Shown here piece after piece: positions 12,731 to 22,912 of a DNA stretch of 64,000 bases (its first letter is position 1; every line of letters begins with the position of its first letter). The notes under the pieces were generated by a model. That model was not told the origin of the DNA, made no database searches, and was given only the letters and a program-made list of their open reading frames with translations. A program made the translations under genes and the position numbers. The stretch lies in IMG/VR virus record IMGVR_UViG_3300029305_003259, positions 64,432-128,431 of that record; one strand, written 5' to 3'. This DNA is from a virus. Lineage: Duplodnaviria; Caudoviricetes.

Positions 12731-15700
12731 ATGCCAATTATTAAATCGGCTCCTATGACAGTTATTGATAGTTCTTCAAGCGTCAATCTTGAACTGTTTG
12801 TAGCGAGCAATTTACCTACTTCTCAAATTATGAAATCAAGTGGCGCTGTCACTCCCTCTTGGGTAGATACACCATTAGTATTAGAGCCATCTGCATATGT
12901 TAGCAATACATTGGTTTCTAATCCTAATATTACATGGCAAAGACGTTCTGGTGCAGGAGAATATACTGCTTTGATTGCCGGGGAATCCGTGGCTAATGGT
13001 GTATTAACAGTTAATCAAAATTTATTGACCAAAGACGCAAACGGCATAATTACATATAAATGTACTGTTACTTACGGAGCAATTACAAGATTTACCGAAG
13101 TTACATATACTTTAAATATAGCTGGAATAGATGGGAAAGATGGTTCTAGTGTAAGTATTATTGGAACTGCATATGTTGCGGAATCTATTACAGAATGTGT
13201 TATTGGTCAAAATTATACATTATATTCTGATCCAGAATTGACAATACAAATTACTGGCCCAGAACTTGGCGATGGATATTTAGTCCAAGGTCACTTGTTT
13301 ACGTATAGCGGCGCTGCAAATGATCAGTTTAACTGCGTTGGAAGTATTCAAGGCGTTGGTATTACATCTATCACTGGGCCAGTATCGAATGGTGAAGTTG
13401 ATACATATACAATTCATTATTCTGATGGAACCACCACTACTTATGATGTTGTAAATGGTAAGTCTGTTTTTGTAACTTATCATGACAGTATTGAAATGCC
13501 AGCATTTCCTGTTGGAGATGGTACTACAGGTGGTTGGCATACAGAGATGACTACTAACTCCGTGTGGATGAGTCAAAAGGTGGCGGATTCCAGTATAAAT
13601 GGCACTTGGGGTGCCCCAGTTAGATTCAAAGGTATTGATGGTAAAGGAATTTTGGCCACAAATGTTTCTTACCAAGCTTCAACCTCTGGAGCAACTGTTC
13701 CTACTGGTAATTGGCAAACCACTATTCCATATGTCGGACAAGGACAATATTTATGGACTAGAATTACAACCGTGTATACTGATGATTCAAGTATAGATGC
13801 ATATAGCGTTGGGCGTATTGGCGAGAATGGAGTAAATGGTAGTTCTGGTAGAGGAATTAAATCTACTGTAATTCATTACAAGGCACATACAAGTGGCACT
13901 TCTGCGCCTACTGGTATTTGGTCTACTACTATACCAGATGTTCCCGCAGACCAATATCTGTGGACTAGAACAACTATTGTTTATACTGATGATACAGAGA
14001 CTGCTTCATATAATGTTGGTAAAATAGGTAAAAACGGTTACGATGCACTATCAGTTATTCTTACAAATGATACGTATACATTTGCTGGAACAACGAGTGC
14101 GGCAATAGCAGATAGTGTTACATGTAATGTTCTTGCTTATAGCGGTGCGTCTCAAGTTGCCGCAACTATAGGAGCTATTACAGGTGCTCCGGTTGGTATG
14201 AGTGTTAATATTTTAAATAATGGCACTAATAATGCTAACTTTACAGTATCGGTTGCGTCTAATATGAGAACTGCAAGCGGATTTTTAACTGTTCCAGTTA
14301 CAGTAGGAGCCAATACATTTAATAAGACATTCTCATATGCAATAGCTTTTAAAGGAGCTACTGGAGCAAAGGGAAATGATGGTGTTGTATTTAATATATA
14401 TTCAGAAGATGGTTTTGTTTTCCATAAGGAGCAGGACGTCTTAACGTTGCAGCTTCAAAAAATGTATGGATCTGCGCCAATAGCAATTGGAGGCTCTACT
14501 AGTGTTCAATGGAGCAAATTTGTAAATGGACAATGGATTACAACTTGGAAATATGATAGTGGTAATACCGATAATGTTGTTACGAATGCCGAAACTCTAA
14601 TCGTTAGACATGAGGAAATTAATGGTTCGCAATTATATAAATGTGTCCTTACATATGGCGGTGTAACATATACTGATGTTGTTACAATTACTGATAAACT
14701 AGATGCTTATCAGTCACAAATTATAGCAATCGGAGGAACGGTTCTTACTGGTGGAGATATGGGTGTAGTGGCTTACGCAGTAGTATTCCATGACACTACC
14801 GAAGAAGACCCATTGTTGTATCCGATTTATGAAGAAGGTACTACGCCAGTTGCTAATGCGACATATTATATTGTAGATGACGGCAAAGTTTCTATGAAAA
14901 CATATGCCAATGGAGCGTGGGCCTTAAATGAGACAGTGCAACAAGATTATAATTATAGCTGGTTTATATTAGACCAATATACTGGTGAAGAACATGAAAT
15001 AGGAAGCGGTAAGGTAGTATATATTTCTAGCGATGCAATATCTTCTTCTGGTATCGTACAATGTCGCATCAACGATATATCAATGTGTACTGAAGTTTTT
15101 TCTGATGCAAATGACCCAATTGTTGGTGCAGAAACTCCTTTGTCTACATCGGAAGGACAGCTGTGGTATAACACAAATGATAATGTTTTATATGCTTATA
15201 ATTCTGAAAAGGGAGAATATGTAGCAGTAAACAATGGTAAGAGCCGCACATATTTAACAGCCCCAGTGACAATATCGGAAGGTTATTATTATCATAAAGG
15301 AGATTTATGGATCGTTAATGATAGTGATTCGTCATATACCGATGCGTCTGTTGGTTCCATACTTATTGCAGTAAATGACTTTATCAGTGGCGGTGGCTCA
15401 TGGGATGCTGCAACATGGAAGGGAAGACTTGCTAATGACTGGGAAGATAAACTTTATTATGATCAGAAATTAAATGAGATTTTAGATTATCAATCTAAGC
15501 TCTATGCATATTTTGATTATCAAATTGATGGCTTAAAGATTGGTGCTACTAATACCGAGTTCTATACCAAAGTAACTCCTTATGATTTAGGGTTTTATCA
15601 GGGCGTTGAAAAGGTTGCTTATATTAATAACAACAAAATGTACAATACTTCGCTGGAAGTATCTAATGATGTGCAAATTGTTAATCATCGAAGCGACACC

Positions 15701-16138
15701 CAGCCAAATCCGCCAAAGCCATATTTAAATTTGGGAAATTATAAGTTTATTATTGAAGAAAACAACAGTCTATCAATTGCATACACACTTATTAATGCGC
15801 CAATTCCAAGTATTAGCAATTATGGCGTATTTAATTCATATATTAACCTATTTTTCGAGCCATGGTCTACGCAAAATAGTTATGGTTACGTATCTTCGCA
15901 TAATACAACTGAAAAAGATAATATTATTGTAACTGATTTGGATGGCAATGTTATATCTACAACTGTTGCAACTGGACGTGGTTATTTGCAGGTTAAAGCA
16001 ACTTCATTCCCTGATACCGTTATTGTTCATGTGCCAGCACGTTCAGTATATAATAAAGGAGTCGCTGGCAATACATTAGGATATGATACGGTCGAGTCTC
16101 CTAATGATGCGATAACATTAACATTAAATAAAACTTAA
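12731..16138 (+). CDS. Tail fibre / host-specificity protein
   Basis: Two copies of GI....Y.A.TSG...PTG.W.TTIP.V...QYLWTR.T.VYTDD with short Gly-X-Y linkers, typical of Bacillota siphophage host-specificity proteins. Confidence 0.8.
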   Translation: MPIIKSAPMTVIDSSSSVNLELFVASNLPTSQIMKSSGAVTPSWVDTPLVLEPSAYVSNTLVSNPNITWQRRSGAGEYTALIAGESVANGVLTVNQNLLTKDANGIITYKCTVTYGAITRFTEVTYTLNIAGIDGKDGSSVSIIGTAYVAESITECVIGQNYTLYSDPELTIQITGPELGDGYLVQGHLFTYSGAANDQFNCVGSIQGVGITSITGPVSNGEVDTYTIHYSDGTTTTYDVVNGKSVFVTYHDSIEMPAFPVGDGTTGGWHTEMTTNSVWMSQKVADSSINGTWGAPVRFKGIDGKGILATNVSYQASTSGATVPTGNWQTTIPYVGQGQYLWTRITTVYTDDSSIDAYSVGRIGENGVNGSSGRGIKSTVIHYKAHTSGTSAPTGIWSTTIPDVPADQYLWTRTTIVYTDDTETASYNVGKIGKNGYDALSVILTNDTYTFAGTTSAAIADSVTCNVLAYSGASQVAATIGAITGAPVGMSVNILNNGTNNANFTVSVASNMRTASGFLTVPVTVGANTFNKTFSYAIAFKGATGAKGNDGVVFNIYSEDGFVFHKEQDVLTLQLQKMYGSAPIAIGGSTSVQWSKFVNGQWITTWKYDSGNTDNVVTNAETLIVRHEEINGSQLYKCVLTYGGVTYTDVVTITDKLDAYQSQIIAIGGTVLTGGDMGVVAYAVVFHDTTEEDPLLYPIYEEGTTPVANATYYIVDDGKVSMKTYANGAWALNETVQQDYNYSWFILDQYTGEEHEIGSGKVVYISSDAISSSGIVQCRINDISMCTEVFSDANDPIVGAETPLSTSEGQLWYNTNDNVLYAYNSEKGEYVAVNNGKSRTYLTAPVTISEGYYYHKGDLWIVNDSDSSYTDASVGSILIAVNDFISGGGSWDAATWKGRLANDWEDKLYYDQKLNEILDYQSKLYAYFDYQIDGLKIGATNTEFYTKVTPYDLGFYQGVEKVAYINNNKMYNTSLEVSNDVQIVNHRSDTQPNPPKPYLNLGNYKFIIEENNSLSIAYTLINAPIPSISNYGVFNSYINLFFEPWSTQNSYGYVSSHNTTEKDNIIVTDLDGNVISTTVATGRGYLQVKATSFPDTVIVHVPARSVYNKGVAGNTLGYDTVESPNDAITLTLNKT

Positions 16139-16152
16139 AGGAGGTGTCATAG

Positions 16153-18318
16153 ATGGCAACAAGTGGATCTTTTACTACTACTTCTTATGAGGGTAGAAGT
16201 TTAACCTTTTCATGGAATAGAACAACTTATAGTGTAGCCAATAATACATCTACAATTGCATGGTCTGTTAAAGGTAGCGGATCTTATACTGGCGGATGGG
16301 TTACATGCGGAGATATTGATGTGGTCGTCAATGGCACCACTGTATATAATAGTTCTGCAGAAAGTCGTATTAATGTTTGGAGTGGAGATGTTGTAGCTAG
16401 TGGTACGATGACAATTGCGCACGATGCAAATGGTAATAAAACATTCTCTGCAAGCGTCAAAGCTGCTGTTTATAACTATGCGCAAAATGTTAGTGGAAGC
16501 AGCAACTTCTCTCTTAATAATATTCCTAGAGCTGCCAGTATTGATAAAGTCGCAAACACTGGTGGGGCCTCTATTACATCTCTTGGAACAGGTAACGCAG
16601 TTAGGGTTTATTTTACTCCAAAATCTACCGCATTTAAATATCGTGTTACTGTTTCTATGAATGGCGAATGGGTTCAAAATGATGGATCTGGTGTATCAGT
16701 TTCTTCTACTTCTCAAACTTATTATCAATCTGGAGTTATCCCACATAGTTGGATTCCAAATGCTACGTCTGGCACTTTAACATGTAAACTTGAAACATTA
16801 AATGGGACAACTGTTATTGGTACAAGCACTAAGACAATTACAATGACTGTTCCATCATCTGTAGTTCCAACAATTTCTAGTCTGACCGTTGCGCCTTATA
16901 ATACAAATAGTGTAATTAATGGTTGGGGAATATATGTAGCGAATTATTCAAAGGCGAGATTATCCTGTGCAGCATCCGGTAGCGGAGGCTCTACTATTAA
17001 AAAATTTACTATTAGCAATGCAGCGTCTGCAACAATAAACGGAGCATCAATGTCATATGATGCAACTTTAAATAGCGGTGGGTCGAAAACATTTACAGTT
17101 GTGGCAACAGATAGTCGTGGCAGAAATAGTGCAGCTAAATCTGTAGCTATTAATGTTGTAAATTATTATACTCCAGCTATAGCCTCATTTGATGTTATAC
17201 GTACCGATGCTTCAGGCAACGCAAGTGATAGCGGCACTGCGGCAAAACTATCATTCTCTGGAACATATACAAATATTGGAGCTAATGGAGCAACAGCTAA
17301 ATTTTTCTATAAGCTTTCTACTGCATCTGGATATACTGCAATCAGTACTACATCTGCTGGATCTGGTGGCAAAGTTAATGGCGGTATAGTGGTAAATAAC
17401 GTAACTTTTGCCACCGCTAGTGAATATGATTTCCAAATGCAAATTACTGACTCAATGGGCAATACTGTATCTAGGACTGTTAGACTTGGCACTGTAACTA
17501 GAACTATGAATATTGCTAAATTTGGCAATGGTGTAGCTATTGGTAAAATGTCGACCATCACAGCTTCAAATAGCGCAGGTAAATTTGAATGTGGTTGGGA
17601 TGCAGATTTTGATAAGAATGTTAATATCGATGGAAAAATTGATGTAACAGGAGTTGCCAATCTTAAAGGAAATACAACTATTTCTGGCACAACACATATA
17701 AATGCATCTACTAATATGAATTCAAATGCATTTTTAAAGGGCCACTTATATATGGGTGGTAACTTTGAAAGTACTGGCGAAAAACATGTCAAATTTAATA
17801 CTATTGCCGATGGTACATACCCTCATAATGTTTATTTATATGGAGGAAATCCAGACTCAGTAGTAGCAATAGGGTGTTATGATGCTAAAAATACTAGAAC
17901 TGTTTTTACATATGATGACACTGGTAATACATTTAGAATAGGAAATGGCTCTTGTAATATTAATTTTAATGGTAGTAATTTAAAAGATTTTATTGTAGAG
18001 CAAGGAACAAGTGGATCGTGGTTTTATCGTAAATGGTTTAGCGGTGTTTCTGAGTGTTGGGGAACTCTTGCTGGAACATTAAGTTATTATACTACGATAA
18101 ATTCATTTTATGCTTACGAGGGTTCGGTAAGTTTTCCGGGCATATTTATTGCCGTACCTAATGTTCAATTTCAACCATACATAGGTAATGGATTTGCCAT
18201 TCCTGCTCGAGGTGTTATATCTACTGCAACACAATGTAAATGGGTAGCGTTATCAAATGTCGGAACTGCCAATACTTCTGTTAAGGTAGATGTCTATGCT
18301 TTTGGTAAATGGAAATAA
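16153..18318 (+). CDS. Minor tail / receptor-binding protein (DUF859-like)
   Basis: N-terminus S.ANNTST...IAHDANGNKTF...L.NIPRAAS; C-terminal WFYRKWFSGVSECWG fibre-tip motif. Confidence 0.75.
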   Translation: MATSGSFTTTSYEGRSLTFSWNRTTYSVANNTSTIAWSVKGSGSYTGGWVTCGDIDVVVNGTTVYNSSAESRINVWSGDVVASGTMTIAHDANGNKTFSASVKAAVYNYAQNVSGSSNFSLNNIPRAASIDKVANTGGASITSLGTGNAVRVYFTPKSTAFKYRVTVSMNGEWVQNDGSGVSVSSTSQTYYQSGVIPHSWIPNATSGTLTCKLETLNGTTVIGTSTKTITMTVPSSVVPTISSLTVAPYNTNSVINGWGIYVANYSKARLSCAASGSGGSTIKKFTISNAASATINGASMSYDATLNSGGSKTFTVVATDSRGRNSAAKSVAINVVNYYTPAIASFDVIRTDASGNASDSGTAAKLSFSGTYTNIGANGATAKFFYKLSTASGYTAISTTSAGSGGKVNGGIVVNNVTFATASEYDFQMQITDSMGNTVSRTVRLGTVTRTMNIAKFGNGVAIGKMSTITASNSAGKFECGWDADFDKNVNIDGKIDVTGVANLKGNTTISGTTHINASTNMNSNAFLKGHLYMGGNFESTGEKHVKFNTIADGTYPHNVYLYGGNPDSVVAIGCYDAKNTRTVFTYDDTGNTFRIGNGSCNINFNGSNLKDFIVEQGTSGSWFYRKWFSGVSECWGTLAGTLSYYTTINSFYAYEGSVSFPGIFIAVPNVQFQPYIGNGFAIPARGVISTATQCKWVALSNVGTANTSVKVDVYAFGKWK

Positions 18319-18341
18319 ATAATGTTTGGAGGTGATGTATC

Positions 18342-18908
18342 TTGAAAGGACTTGAGCAATTTTTAAATTTGTTCGGCAATATGACGATATTACAAGTCGT
18401 AGAAATTATACTTACTATTGTTTTTCTTGTAACTTTATGGAAAAAAATAGAAAAGAATGCAAATGATCGCCATGATGCTGAACAAAGACGAGACGCAGAA
18501 CTACAAGAAGCATTAGATGGCGTTCGTATGTATCCTAAATATAGAGAGCAAAGCATAGAAATACAGAAACAACTTGAGAGTAAATTTGATGTTGTACACG
18601 AGATGTGTATTAACATTATAGATAGATTAGATAAAATGGAAGAAGCCCGTCGCGATAGCAAAAGAAAAGAGTTGCAAGCGACCTTATTACAAAACTACAG
18701 AATTTTTACTGACACAATAAAAAATCCTATGCAAGCATGGACTGAGATGGAGGCCAATGCATTCTGGGAGCAGTTCTCTGAATATGAGGACAATGGCGGA
18801 AATGGACATATGCATACAATTGTTCAGCCAGCAATGAATAAACTTATGGTCATCAGTATGTCAGACCATGAGAAGTTATATGAATTGATGCATAGTAGAA
18901 AATTATAA
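18342..18908 (+). CDS. Holin-like membrane protein
   Basis: One N-terminal TM helix, coiled coil, Y...GGNG motif; last gene of the tail module. Confidence 0.55.
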   Translation: MKGLEQFLNLFGNMTILQVVEIILTIVFLVTLWKKIEKNANDRHDAEQRRDAELQEALDGVRMYPKYREQSIEIQKQLESKFDVVHEMCINIIDRLDKMEEARRDSKRKELQATLLQNYRIFTDTIKNPMQAWTEMEANAFWEQFSEYEDNGGNGHMHTIVQPAMNKLMVISMSDHEKLYELMHSRKL

Positions 18909-18911
18909 TTT

Positions 18912-18944
18912 AAGGGGTAGCCTAACGGCTACCCCTCTTTTTTT
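18912..18944 (+). terminator. Rho-independent terminator of the late operon
   Basis: AGGGGTAGCC-TAAC-GGCTACCCCT followed by C and T7. Confidence 0.85.
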
Positions 18945-19086
18945 GGTTTTCAAAATATTCCTTTATAATAAATGTAATTAAATTATTTACAGATCTGTTT
19001 TGTCTAACAGCCTCCTTCTCTATTTCGAATTTTAAATCTCCTGGTATTCTTAAACTTAAAGTTTTAGTTCCTTCTTTCATGACCAT
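18922..19086 (-). CDS. Arc/ribbon-helix-helix DNA-binding protein (54 aa, not in ORF track)
   Basis: Hand translation MVMKEGTKTLSLRIPGDLKFEIEKEAVRQNRSVNNLITFIIKEYFENQKKRGSR; GAGGTGA RBS; LRIP...A...RS.N pattern of the Arc family. Confidence 0.8.
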   Translation of the reverse strand: MVMKEGTKTLSLRIPGDLKFEIEKEAVRQNRSVNNLITFIIKEYFENQKKRGSR

Positions 19087-19140
19087 TATATATCACCTCG
19101 AAAATATTATAATAAATTTACAAAGTGATGTCAAATGTAG

Positions 19141-19204
19141 TTGACAAGAGTGCATTAAAGGTGCTATCATAAATTCAAGGAAGTGATTGCACGTGTGTGC
19201 AATC
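19141..19204 (+). promoter_or_regulatory. Sigma-A promoter of tubR-tubZ with a downstream palindromic operator
   Basis: TTGACA-18 nt-TATCAT with extended TG; GATTGCAC-GTGT-GTGCAATC at 19185-19204. Confidence 0.65.
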
Positions 19205-19225
19205 TTATGGAAGGGGAATGTATCA

Positions 19226-19477
19226 ATGGCAATCAATCGAACTCATTTGATATTAATGACAATTTTATCCAAACATAACGCAACATCGGCAGGTACGGCA
19301 ATTAGCACAGAGGAGATAAAGCAATTCTGCGCTATTGGCAAAAGCAATACAACATTGCATAGAGCCTTCTGTTTCTTGCGTTCAAATAACTATATAGAAC
19401 AAGGTGTTAAGGATGGAAAATTCTTTACATACTACATTACAAATCAAGGAATACAATTATTAAAGGAGATGTTATAA
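19226..19477 (+). CDS. Winged-helix DNA-binding protein, putative TubR adaptor
   Basis: 83 aa from the ATG after an AAGGGG RBS; wHTH wing (GVKDGKFFTYYITNQG); directly upstream of tubZ. Confidence 0.65.
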   Translation: MAINRTHLILMTILSKHNATSAGTAISTEEIKQFCAIGKSNTTLHRAFCFLRSNNYIEQGVKDGKFFTYYITNQGIQLLKEML

Positions 19478-20497
19478 ATGAGAGAACAATTTGGAATTTT
19501 AGCTTTGGGACAATGCGGAGGTAATATAGGAAAGGAATTTGATGACCTTGGATATACTACTGTTTACGTTAATACAAGCAAAGAAGATTTAGCAACTATT
19601 AAAGGGACTCATAAGATCCATATACCGGGAGCAGATGGTGTTGCGAAGGACAGGAAGAAGGTATTGCAACTTGCATCAGAACATATAGGAGATATAGTAG
19701 AAAAGATTACTACTCTCCTTCCACAAAAATATATTATTTGCACATTTAGTGCTAGCGGTGGAACTGGTTCAGGATTGAGTGTGCCTTTAATGGCTTATTT
19801 AGCCCAAATAGGACGTGTTTGTATTCCAGTTATAGTTTTACCGAATGATGCAATAGAGAGCGCTAAGGCATGCGAGAATGCGTATAATGCATGTGTAGAG
19901 ATTATGGGCATTAAAAATTTAGGAGCAACATTCCTACTTGATAATTCTAAGTATGATAAATTTGCAATCAATAGTAGATTTGCCAGAGAGCTAGATGGGT
20001 TCATTAGTTTGAAAAATTCAAGTATGTATGGAAATATAGATAAGGCTGAGCGTAAGCAAGTTTTATCTTGCCCAGGCATATCTATCATCGGAAGGTCAAG
20101 CAAGGCTAAGAGCACTGCTCCTGAGATTGTAGAAAGCATGCATAATGGAATATATGCCGAAATTGCTTCAAAAACTGCATATTACTTAGCAATTTCTACC
20201 TCAAATAAATCTCTAGATATAAATACTATATCTAAAACATTCAATGGAATTTATGATATATTTTCAGGAATTTCTGAGTCTACAACGATTGCTGTTGTTA
20301 CTGGTCTTCAGTGGCCGCAACAAAGAATTTTAAAATTTAAGAATAAATTAGAGGAAACTGTCAAGACTATGAATGATACTAACTTTGTTCAAGATTTTGC
20401 ACCGCTAGAGCCGTTGAAAGGATTGTCATTCACACCGACTACTGTTCAACCTCAAGTATCTAGTGCTAGAGACATTTTACTAAGCTTAATGAAATAA
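19478..20497 (+). CDS. tubZ: TubZ-like tubulin/FtsZ-family GTPase
   Basis: GQCGGNIG N-terminal motif and SGGTGSG tubulin signature; 339 aa; paired with a small wHTH gene. Confidence 0.88.
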   Translation: MREQFGILALGQCGGNIGKEFDDLGYTTVYVNTSKEDLATIKGTHKIHIPGADGVAKDRKKVLQLASEHIGDIVEKITTLLPQKYIICTFSASGGTGSGLSVPLMAYLAQIGRVCIPVIVLPNDAIESAKACENAYNACVEIMGIKNLGATFLLDNSKYDKFAINSRFARELDGFISLKNSSMYGNIDKAERKQVLSCPGISIIGRSSKAKSTAPEIVESMHNGIYAEIASKTAYYLAISTSNKSLDINTISKTFNGIYDIFSGISESTTIAVVTGLQWPQQRILKFKNKLEETVKTMNDTNFVQDFAPLEPLKGLSFTPTTVQPQVSSARDILLSLMK

Positions 20498-20499
20498 TG

Positions 20500-20528
20500 A
20501 GGTCACCGAAAGGTGACCTTATTTTTTT
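20500..20528 (+). terminator. Terminator after tubZ
   Basis: AGGTCACC-GAAA-GGTGACCT followed by a T-tract. Confidence 0.85.
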
Positions 20529-20577
20529 ACGCTTATAGTCAAAAGAAAAGCCCTATGCATACGCATAGGACATTGTA

Positions 20578-22560
20578 TTAATATAGTTTTCTAGATGTAT
20601 TGTTAATATCATTTTCAATCCATTTATTAATATTCATTATATCTGCAAAAGTTATAGTTTCAATAATATCATTGTTATAACTCCACCATGTGGTGCTATT
20701 GGCAATAGTGTTATTTAGGAAAGCATTAATAGCTTCTTTTTTAGAGCCTACTAAAACTCGATAGCCTTTACGTAATCCTATATGCTCTATAATTTTCAAT
20801 TCTTCAAATTTATGAATTTGGTCATAGAATTTTCTCGTACCTATTGCAAATCCTTTTTCAACAGATATATATTCAAACGCTCTGCTTCCTATAAATTTAT
20901 CTTTATGTTCAAACATATAATCTATAAGAGCTTCGAATATCCTATTTTCTGTTCCTTTTTTATGAATTATTTGTCTAGAGCATGATTTATAAAGATCTCC
21001 TTTTAAGACAATATCAAGGCCCTGATCTTCATGTACAACGATATGTTTTATAATTGTTGCTACTTGTTTTTTTGTTAATGTTTTAGTAGCAATAATATGG
21101 TCAAATATGTTTCTTGCAGTTAGTAAATTGTCTTTAATATTTATTTCATCAATTGTATTGTCTACTAAATCATTTAATTGTATTTCCAATGATTTAATTT
21201 CATTTAGTTTTTCTCTTTGCATAACATCATATGTATCATGAATTAATTCTGCCATTGATGGATTTGCTATAGATTCTATCATTTTCTTTTCCATTATATA
21301 TTTCAATGCAGCCTTGGCATCACTCAATGATTTCTCTACACGAGTTATAGAACTTGTGTTGTTACCTCTTTTTTTATATTCTTCTCTTATGATGCTATCA
21401 AAATTGTCAATTGTTTTATCTAAATTTTCTCTGCAATGATCTAAAAATAAAATTAATGATTCTGTTATATTCTCTTCTAATATTGAATGACTTTTACAGA
21501 ATTTTATACCTCTCTTATTATAGGTATTACAAATAAATCTTGTTTTCCCACTACTGGTTGTTGGAGTTAATTTTTTGCTACAGTCTGCACATACTAGCAT
21601 ACCTGAATATGGGCTATTTCTATCGACTTTCTTTCCACGATAAGAATTAATAGATCTATCTGTCATTATTTCTTGAACAATATTAAATGTAGTTTTATCA
21701 ATTATTGGCTCATGCGCATTTTTGAAGATCAAATGTTCTTCTTTATCTAATTTAATCTTTTTCCCTCTGATAGATCTACGTCTTGTTTTACCCAAAGTAA
21801 GAGTACCTATATAAAATGTATTTTTTAATATATTTTGTATTGTATTATCATGCCATATATTACTTGCTTTGCCACGATATGGTCTGCCCATACTTTCTAA
21901 TCTTTGTTTTGTTAGTATACTATGAGTAGGAACCCCTTCTTCTGTTAATGTCAATGCAATTCTTCTAGTTCCCATTCCATTTATATACATATCAAAAATT
22001 CTTCTAACATATATTGCAGCGACTTCATCAATATAATATTGCCCTTTTACTATAGGATCAATTACATATCCATACGGAACGCATGAAATAAATTTTCCCT
22101 CTTTTTGCATAGCACGAATAGAGTCTTTAACTTTTCTGCTTATTTCTTTTAGATAACGTTCTCCTAGCCATGAGTTTATATTCAGCATATCGCTAGAATT
22201 CTCATCATCGCTATCATAATTGTCTCCAATTGCAATTAATCTTTTATCATCTTTTTGAAGATTTTCTACAAATGTTAACATATGACCGCTATTTCTTCCA
22301 AGTCTACTTAAGTCTTTTACAATAATAGTATCAATTTTATTTGCGTTTAGATCTTCTTTTAATTCATTAAACGCAGGTCTCTTACTAAATGAGAAACCAG
22401 ATTCACCATCATCTATATAGAATTTTTCAATTTTGATATTATTTTTTTCTGCATACTCAAGTATTATTCTTCTTTGGTTTGATATAGATGTACTCTCATC
22501 ATTTCCATCCTCTCGTGATAATCTTAAATATGCTACTACTACTTTTGCTTTTTTGCTCAT
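20578..22560 (-). CDS. Large serine recombinase (integrase/resolvase)
   Basis: YLRLSRED catalytic Ser, DDGESG, KDLSRLGR, recombinase domain, zinc ribbon (CADC...FIC...C), coiled coil. Confidence 0.95.
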   Translation of the reverse strand: MSKKAKVVVAYLRLSREDGNDESTSISNQRRIILEYAEKNNIKIEKFYIDDGESGFSFSKRPAFNELKEDLNANKIDTIIVKDLSRLGRNSGHMLTFVENLQKDDKRLIAIGDNYDSDDENSSDMLNINSWLGERYLKEISRKVKDSIRAMQKEGKFISCVPYGYVIDPIVKGQYYIDEVAAIYVRRIFDMYINGMGTRRIALTLTEEGVPTHSILTKQRLESMGRPYRGKASNIWHDNTIQNILKNTFYIGTLTLGKTRRRSIRGKKIKLDKEEHLIFKNAHEPIIDKTTFNIVQEIMTDRSINSYRGKKVDRNSPYSGMLVCADCSKKLTPTTSSGKTRFICNTYNKRGIKFCKSHSILEENITESLILFLDHCRENLDKTIDNFDSIIREEYKKRGNNTSSITRVEKSLSDAKAALKYIMEKKMIESIANPSMAELIHDTYDVMQREKLNEIKSLEIQLNDLVDNTIDEINIKDNLLTARNIFDHIIATKTLTKKQVATIIKHIVVHEDQGLDIVLKGDLYKSCSRQIIHKKGTENRIFEALIDYMFEHKDKFIGSRAFEYISVEKGFAIGTRKFYDQIHKFEELKIIEHIGLRKGYRVLVGSKKEAINAFLNNTIANSTTWWSYNNDIIETITFADIMNINKWIENDINNTSRKLY

Positions 22561-22626
22561 TTCTATTGCTCCTTTATCATTGTTACTTTATTTTATTATC
22601 ATTGTAACATAAAAAAAGGAAAAGCA

Positions 22627-22800
22627 CTATGGGTTTGTTGCAGATTTTATGAAATCATATAAAGTTTCTTTGAAATCGCAATTCCCACTTATTAATATAT
22701 TTAATTTATCATTATTATTTTTATATTGTTCTCTAATTTGTTTAATGTCCTCAGTTGTTGCCGTAGCTGGGACAGAAATCATTATTATTCCGTCTTTCAT
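22627..22800 (-). CDS. Small hypothetical protein upstream of the recombinase (57 aa, not in ORF track)
   Basis: MKDGIIMISVPATATTEDIKQIREQYKNNNDKLNILISGNCDFKETLYDFIKSATNP; AAAGGA RBS; co-oriented with the recombinase. Confidence 0.6.
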   Translation of the reverse strand: MKDGIIMISVPATATTEDIKQIREQYKNNNDKLNILISGNCDFKETLYDFIKSATNP

Positions 22801-22871
22801 TATTGTGCATCCTTTTGTGTATATAATTTATATATATTGGGTATCATATAAATGACATCGGGGAGTGGCAT

Positions 22872-22906
22872 AAAAATAGGGACTGTAGCTTCACACCACA
22901 GTCCCT
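22872..22906 (-). terminator. Terminator after dut
   Basis: Minus strand AGGGACTGTGG-TGTGAAG-CTACAGTCCCT followed by ATTTTT. Confidence 0.8.
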
Positions 22907-22912
22907 TTATTT

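Noticed and set aside
12731-18318. Diversity-generating retroelement or shufflon acting on the tail fibres
   Set aside because: No reverse transcriptase, no template/variable repeat pair and no inverted cassettes seen in this window.
19087-19225. tubC iteron centromere
   Set aside because: Only loose AGTG-like words and one palindrome; no convincing direct-repeat array.
22649-22855. 68-aa + strand ORF
   Set aside because: Antisense to a better 57-aa minus-strand ORF that has an RBS and matches local gene direction.
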